Positions 6,327 to 9,795 of a DNA stretch of 9,795 nt are shown piece by piece (the stretch's first letter is position 1; every line of letters begins with the position of its first letter). The DNA comes from a virus. Taxonomy: Duplodnaviria > Heunggongvirae > Uroviricota > Caudoviricetes. The stretch covers positions 1-9,795 of IMG/VR virus record IMGVR_UViG_2778261533_000002. One strand, written 5' to 3'. A model generated the notes under the pieces. That model saw only the letters and a program-made list of their open reading frames with translations, made no database searches and had not been told where the DNA came from. The translations under genes and the position numbers were made by a program.

Positions 6327-7778
6327 TTATTTTATTTTGCTTACTATATTTGTAATAAGTGGGTCAAATTTCTCATCAATAATTTCAATATATTTTTTAA
6401 TTGCTAAAGTTCTAATTACTTCCTCCTCACATTCTGCTTCTTTAGCAATTGCTTGAGTGTAATTGTGATGATCACTAATCCCTTCCTTTTTTATTAACCA
6501 ATCAAAATCAATATGATACTCCTTGTAGAGGAATTTTTTTACTTCCTCATGTTGAAATACTTCTACTTCTGGTGGCCTATTGCCAGGGAAAGAAAATAAA
6601 TCATCTTTAATGTTTTCTCCAACATCTGCATCTCTTACGGCAATAACATTAAGGCCTGCTTTCTTGAATACCTCGACTGCTTGTCGGACTGCATCTTTAT
6701 CTCCAATATCAGTGATTTGAATGGATTTAAGAATGTCTCTCCGCTTTGCTCTAATTACTTCACTAAGTAAAACTTTTGCAAACTGGTCTTCTACGCAAAT
6801 ATGCAGCCCTTTAAACTGCCCATCAGACAGTATTGATCTCACATGAGTTGTTGAAATTCCATCTTTGATATAGACACCAGTCTGATCTCTAATAAGTAAT
6901 TTTCGTGCATCAGGAGGTAAAGCATTTAATATCACACTTGAGTGTGTTGATAATATTATTTGATGTTTTCTACGTTGACATACTTCCATTAAATATTTTG
7001 CAAATTCATACTGTGCGCTTTCATGAAGAGATGTTTCTGGTTCTTCTAGTACGAAAAGACTTTGCTCTGGAGCTGTTTCAAGCATATCAACCGTATAAAG
7101 AACTCTTCCTTCGCCAAACCCCATGTTATTTTCAGAATAAGAATACCCAAGTCTTTCAACAATACCAATTTCTGAACGACGTGCTCTATGAGAAATTCCT
7201 TGGAATGCGATATCATCATATGGATGACCTATTATTTTTGCCATCTTCAATATTACTGAATGGTCGACGCTTCTTCTCTCTGTTAAATCAAAGTCTTTAC
7301 CGCCATAAACACTTATATCTCTACGTTCTACTTTTGGAATATAGACAGTAAAACCAATGTAAAAACAGTGTCTTTCTGGTTGTCTTTTATATCCAGACCA
7401 AGAAGACTTTATGCGAGTGACAGTCACATCTTGTGTTTTCGTTGAATCATTTGTTTCATATTTATAAATGACACTGGCGTCATTATCGAAAGGGGCTGGA
7501 TCGGCTTTAGATACAGGGAAAAAATCTTTAATATATAATCTCTTATATTCACGGGCTGTAACTGGTTTTTTATATGCGCATATTGCTAACTGCCCAAGAG
7601 TGCTTTTCCCAGCGCCGTTTAGCCCTGATATTGCAGTTACCGGAAAATTTATATTTAATGTTAGTTTTTTTATTCCTCGAAATCCATTTATCTCTAGACT
7701 TTTAATTACGGAGCCAAAGTTTGAGTATCTATTTTTATCAAAGTACATGCATTTTAGTATATTTTTTATGTCTGACAT
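6327..7778 (-). CDS. ABC-type ATPase fused to a Toprim-like nuclease domain; OLD/PARIS/Gabija-like candidate anti-phage defence protein (483 aa)
   Basis: ATG at 7776-7778 has AGGAAAG upstream and an in-frame TAA two codons before it. Walker A GLNGAGKST (about aa 52-60, read directly from the DNA as GGG CTA AAC GGC GCT GGG AAA AGC ACT). Walker B plus D-loop LFVLEEPETSLH (about 241-252). H-loop ILSTHS (about 275-280). C-terminal Toprim-like signature: CVEDQFAKVLL (Glu about 330) and, about 55 aa later, AVRDADVGE (DxDxG, about 383-387). Confidence 0.7.
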   Translation of the reverse strand: MSDIKNILKCMYFDKNRYSNFGSVIKSLEINGFRGIKKLTLNINFPVTAISGLNGAGKSTLGQLAICAYKKPVTAREYKRLYIKDFFPVSKADPAPFDNDASVIYKYETNDSTKTQDVTVTRIKSSWSGYKRQPERHCFYIGFTVYIPKVERRDISVYGGKDFDLTERRSVDHSVILKMAKIIGHPYDDIAFQGISHRARRSEIGIVERLGYSYSENNMGFGEGRVLYTVDMLETAPEQSLFVLEEPETSLHESAQYEFAKYLMEVCQRRKHQIILSTHSSVILNALPPDARKLLIRDQTGVYIKDGISTTHVRSILSDGQFKGLHICVEDQFAKVLLSEVIRAKRRDILKSIQITDIGDKDAVRQAVEVFKKAGLNVIAVRDADVGENIKDDLFSFPGNRPPEVEVFQHEEVKKFLYKEYHIDFDWLIKKEGISDHHNYTQAIAKEAECEEEVIRTLAIKKYIEIIDEKFDPLITNIVSKIK

Positions 7779-8043
7779 TTTTTATCTTTCCTGATATGAA
7801 TGAGAGTTATCTTTAGAAAAACAATAAATTTATAACATTTAGAGATGTATTCATCAATGATTGGGTAAATATCGTGCATTTGTTGTTTTAAAATCAACCA
7901 AGAATGATTTTTATAATTATGTCAATTGCCTTATTATCAATATGGTAATGTTTTCTCAATCTAATTATTGGGGGGGAATATATTATTTACAATCGTAAAT
8001 AATCAGATATGCTCTCAAGAGTGGTTACTTCGCCACACAACTT

Positions 8044-8069
8044 AAACCCGCCGTCGAGCGGGTTTTTTT
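8044..8069 (+). terminator. Rho-independent terminator (plus strand)
   Basis: aaacccgc-cgtcga-gcgggttt hairpin (GC core CCCGC/GCGGG) followed directly by a T run of 7 (8063-8069). It marks the right edge of the AT-rich island. Confidence 0.65.
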
Positions 8070-8191
8070 GTACCTGTAAACCTGGTGCAGTACGGTAAAC
8101 ACGCTGGTGGTCGTGAATACTGACTTTTTATCTTGCTGGCTTTTTAGACAAGAGTTATTGGTATGTCATGTTAACCAGAAGGAAAAAAGAC

Positions 8192-8386
8192 ATGTTAAAA
8201 CAGCAAGATATGACAGAAACGGCGAAAGTTGTTTTTAATGAATTAAGCATCGAACCGGCAACAGTCGGGGAGATTGCACAAAACACATATCTTTCACGCG
8301 AACGCTGTCAGTTAATACTGACCCAGTTGGTTATGGCGGGGCTGGCAGATTACCAGTTCGGCTGTTACAGACGCCTTCAGCTATGA
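8192..8386 (+). CDS. Small winged-helix DNA-binding protein (64 aa), possibly PapI/FaeA-like
   Basis: ATG at 8192 lies 8 nt after AGAAGGA; the track ATG at 8168 lacks an SD. The segment ATVGEIAQNTYLSRERCQLILTQLVMAGLA has the spacing of an HTH recognition helix followed by a wing, comparable to PapI as I recall it. Confidence 0.55.
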   Translation: MLKQQDMTETAKVVFNELSIEPATVGEIAQNTYLSRERCQLILTQLVMAGLADYQFGCYRRLQL

Positions 8387-8535
8387 AGGACTTTTAATTT
8401 GTGAAAATGGGCGGCTGGTGGGTGTTGGTAGCACCTGCCAGCCATTCGCTCATGCTTACTGGTCACAAGCGAACCACGGCCCACTGCTTTAGCGCAAAAG
8501 CAGAGTGAGCCTACCAGAGTTACGCTTACTGATCC

Positions 8536-9588
8536 ATGAAAAATACTGTAAAAATAAACAGTGTTGATTTAATCAACGCTGATTGCCTGCATTTTATTCA
8601 GTCCCTGCCTGATGATTCCATTGACCTGATTGTTACCGATCCGCCGTACTTCAAGGTGAAACCCAACGGTTGGGACAATCAGTGGAAAGGGGACGAAGAT
8701 TACCTTAAGTGGCTGGACCACTGTCTGGCCCAGTTCTGGCGGGTGTTGAAACCTGCCGGAAGCCTTTACCTGTTCTGTGGGCATCGCCTGGCATCTGATA
8801 TTGAGATCATGATGCGTGAACGTTTCAACGTGCTTAACCATATCATCTGGGCGAAGCCGTCCGGACGTTGGAATGGGTGTAATAAAGAAAGTCTGCGCGC
8901 ATATTTTCCTGCCACAGAGCGCGTTCTGTTTGCTGAACATTACCAGGGGCCATATCGCGGCAAAAGTGACGGCTATGCGGCAAAAGAAAGGGAACTCAAA
9001 CAGCACATAATGGCACCGCTGATATCGTATTTCAGGGATGCTCGTGCCGAACTGGGTATAACGGCAAAACAAATTGCCGAAGCCACAGGTAAGAAAAATA
9101 TGGTTTCCCACTGGTTTGGTGCCAGTCAGTGGCAGTTGCCGAATGAGGCTGACTATCGGAAGTTACAGGCACTGTTTTCCCGTATAGCGGCAGAGAAGTT
9201 TCAGGAACAACAACTGGAACAACCACACCACCAGCTGGTGGCATCTTATGATTCACTGAATCGCAAATATTCTGAATTGCTGGATGAGTTTAAATCTCTC
9301 CGGCGCTATTTCTCCGTATCAGTCTCCGTGCCTTATACCGATGTCTGGATGCATAAACCCGTTCAGTTCTACCCGGGTAAACATCCGTGTGAGAAACCGG
9401 CGGATATGCTCAGGCAAATAATCAATGCCAGTAGTCGACCTGGTGATCTGGTTGCTGATTTTTTTATGGGATCCGGTTCCACAATAAAAGCAGCAATGGC
9501 GCTGGGGCGTCGGGCCTTAGGTGTTGAGCTTGAGTCAGAGCGGTTTAACCAGACAGTGAAAGAGATAAACGAGCTGGTGGGGAAATAA
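8536..9588 (+). CDS. DNA methyltransferase, beta-class N6-adenine/N4-cytosine type (motif IV before motif I), 350 aa; no cognate endonuclease in the window
   Basis: N-terminal [12 protein letters not shown] (catalytic DPPY) and C-terminal [17 protein letters not shown] (AdoMet-binding FxGxG). The central target-recognition region contains an HTH-like segment ([12 protein letters not shown]). A GATC sits immediately 5' of the ATG. Confidence 0.85.
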
Positions 9589-9594
9589 TCTGGT

Positions 9595-9620
9595 GGCCAC
9601 GTCAGGTGGCCTTTTTATTT
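9595..9620 (+). terminator. Rho-independent terminator after the MTase, in the position of a late-region tR'-like terminator upstream of the holin start
   Basis: ggccac-gtcag-gtggcc hairpin (9595-9611) followed by TTTTTATTT (9612-9620), 7 nt after the MTase stop and 36 nt before the holin-like ATG. Confidence 0.65.
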
Positions 9621-9655
9621 CCATTACACAGCACCCGCATCTGCGAGGTGGGGTT

Positions 9656-9784
9656 ATGAAATCCATGGATAAGTTAACAACGGGTGTCGCCTATGGCACC
9701 TCAGCAGGTAGTGCCGGGTACTGGTTTTTACAGTTTGAACCGTCCCGGGAATCCTGGAGACTAAACTCCCTGAGAAAGAGGTAA
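9656..9784 (+). pseudogene. N-terminal remnant of an S21/EssD-type pinholin (dual-start MKSM motif and first transmembrane/SAR segment only)
   Basis: ATG at 9656 is preceded by [33 protein letters not shown] matches the first 26 residues of phage 21 S as I recall them. The frame then diverges ([16 protein letters not shown]) and stops at 9782-9784, and no frame in the remaining window encodes a second TMD. A new RBS-ATG (AAAGAGG, ATG at 9789) follows. Confidence 0.45.
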
Positions 9785-9795
9785 ACAGGATGACT

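Larger units (their letters stand above)
6100..8010. other. AT-rich compositional island (about 33-36% GC by eye against about 50-55% in flanks) carrying a single minus-strand gene
   Basis: Abrupt fall in GC near 6095-6110 inside the 3' end of the Q-like gene, and recovery near 8010-8040 just before a GC-rich terminator hairpin. Codon composition of the enclosed gene is AT-biased. Boundaries are approximate. Confidence 0.6.
1447..9795. mobile_element. Degenerate lambdoid prophage (element B) with P22-type int/xis and a 21-like late-region remnant; runs off the right edge
   Basis: int with its 3' end 14 bp from the att core, then xis, then early-left genes and a rightward operon with phage nin-type genes (Dam MTase, PerC-like, Q-like), then a holin fragment. 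Immunity, replication-initiator and structural genes are absent from the window. Confidence 0.7.

Noticed and set aside
6905-7794. Plus-strand ORFs 6905-7351 and 7468-7794 inside the ATPase-Toprim gene
   Set aside because: Antisense to a gene with complete ATPase motifs. Long stop-free stretches are expected on the complementary strand of AT-rich coding sequence.
7769-7880. A 39-codon minus-strand ORF upstream of and overlapping the ATPase-Toprim start, as a partner gene
   Set aside because: No SD, below any reasonable size threshold, and it lies in AT-rich promoter-like sequence.
8569-9256. ORFs 8569-9111 (-), 8816-9010 (+) and 9032-9256 (-) within the second MTase
   Set aside because: Shadow ORFs overlapping an MTase with clear DPPY and FxGxG motifs.
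6327-9588. The ATPase-Toprim gene and the downstream MTase as a classical restriction-modification pair
   Set aside because: The genes are divergently oriented and separated by a terminator and another gene, and they differ strongly in base composition. The idea is kept only as a low-probability note under the MTase finding.
9593-9655. GTG at 9593 as the start of the holin-like ORF
   Set aside because: It would place the start inside the terminator hairpin with no SD. ATG 9656, preceded by GAGGTGG and giving the MKSM dual-start motif, is far more plausible.

Overview
This window appears to be a tandem integration junction at a tRNA-Thr (thrW-like) attachment site followed by a degenerate lambdoid prophage carrying accessory cargo. 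From left to right: (1) the right end of one element, with its own tyrosine integrase (236-1309, minus); (2) a 49-bp core identical to the 3' end of tRNA-Thr(CGU) (1398-1446), with no 5' half, so it is an att copy rather than a gene; (3) a P22-type int/xis pair and two small coupled genes on the minus strand (1461-3518); (4) a 450-bp structured, gene-free control region with no repressor gene; (5) a rightward, translationally coupled operon: a DnaT-like ORF with no start codon, a PerC-like regulator, a phage Dam-type MTase and a Q-like antiterminator (3974-6154); (6) an AT-rich island of about 1.9 kb (about 6100-8010) carrying one 483-aa gene on the opposite strand that encodes an ABC-type ATPase fused to a Toprim-like domain (OLD/PARIS/Gabija-like); (7) a small winged-helix gene and a beta-class DNA methyltransferase; (8) an intrinsic terminator followed by only the N-terminal segment of an S21-type pinholin. 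The strongest candidate for a novel system is the compact ATPase-Toprim gene, which sits where lambdoid phages usually carry morons, between Q and the holin. Family assignments rest on motifs read by eye and on recalled sequences; no database search was run.
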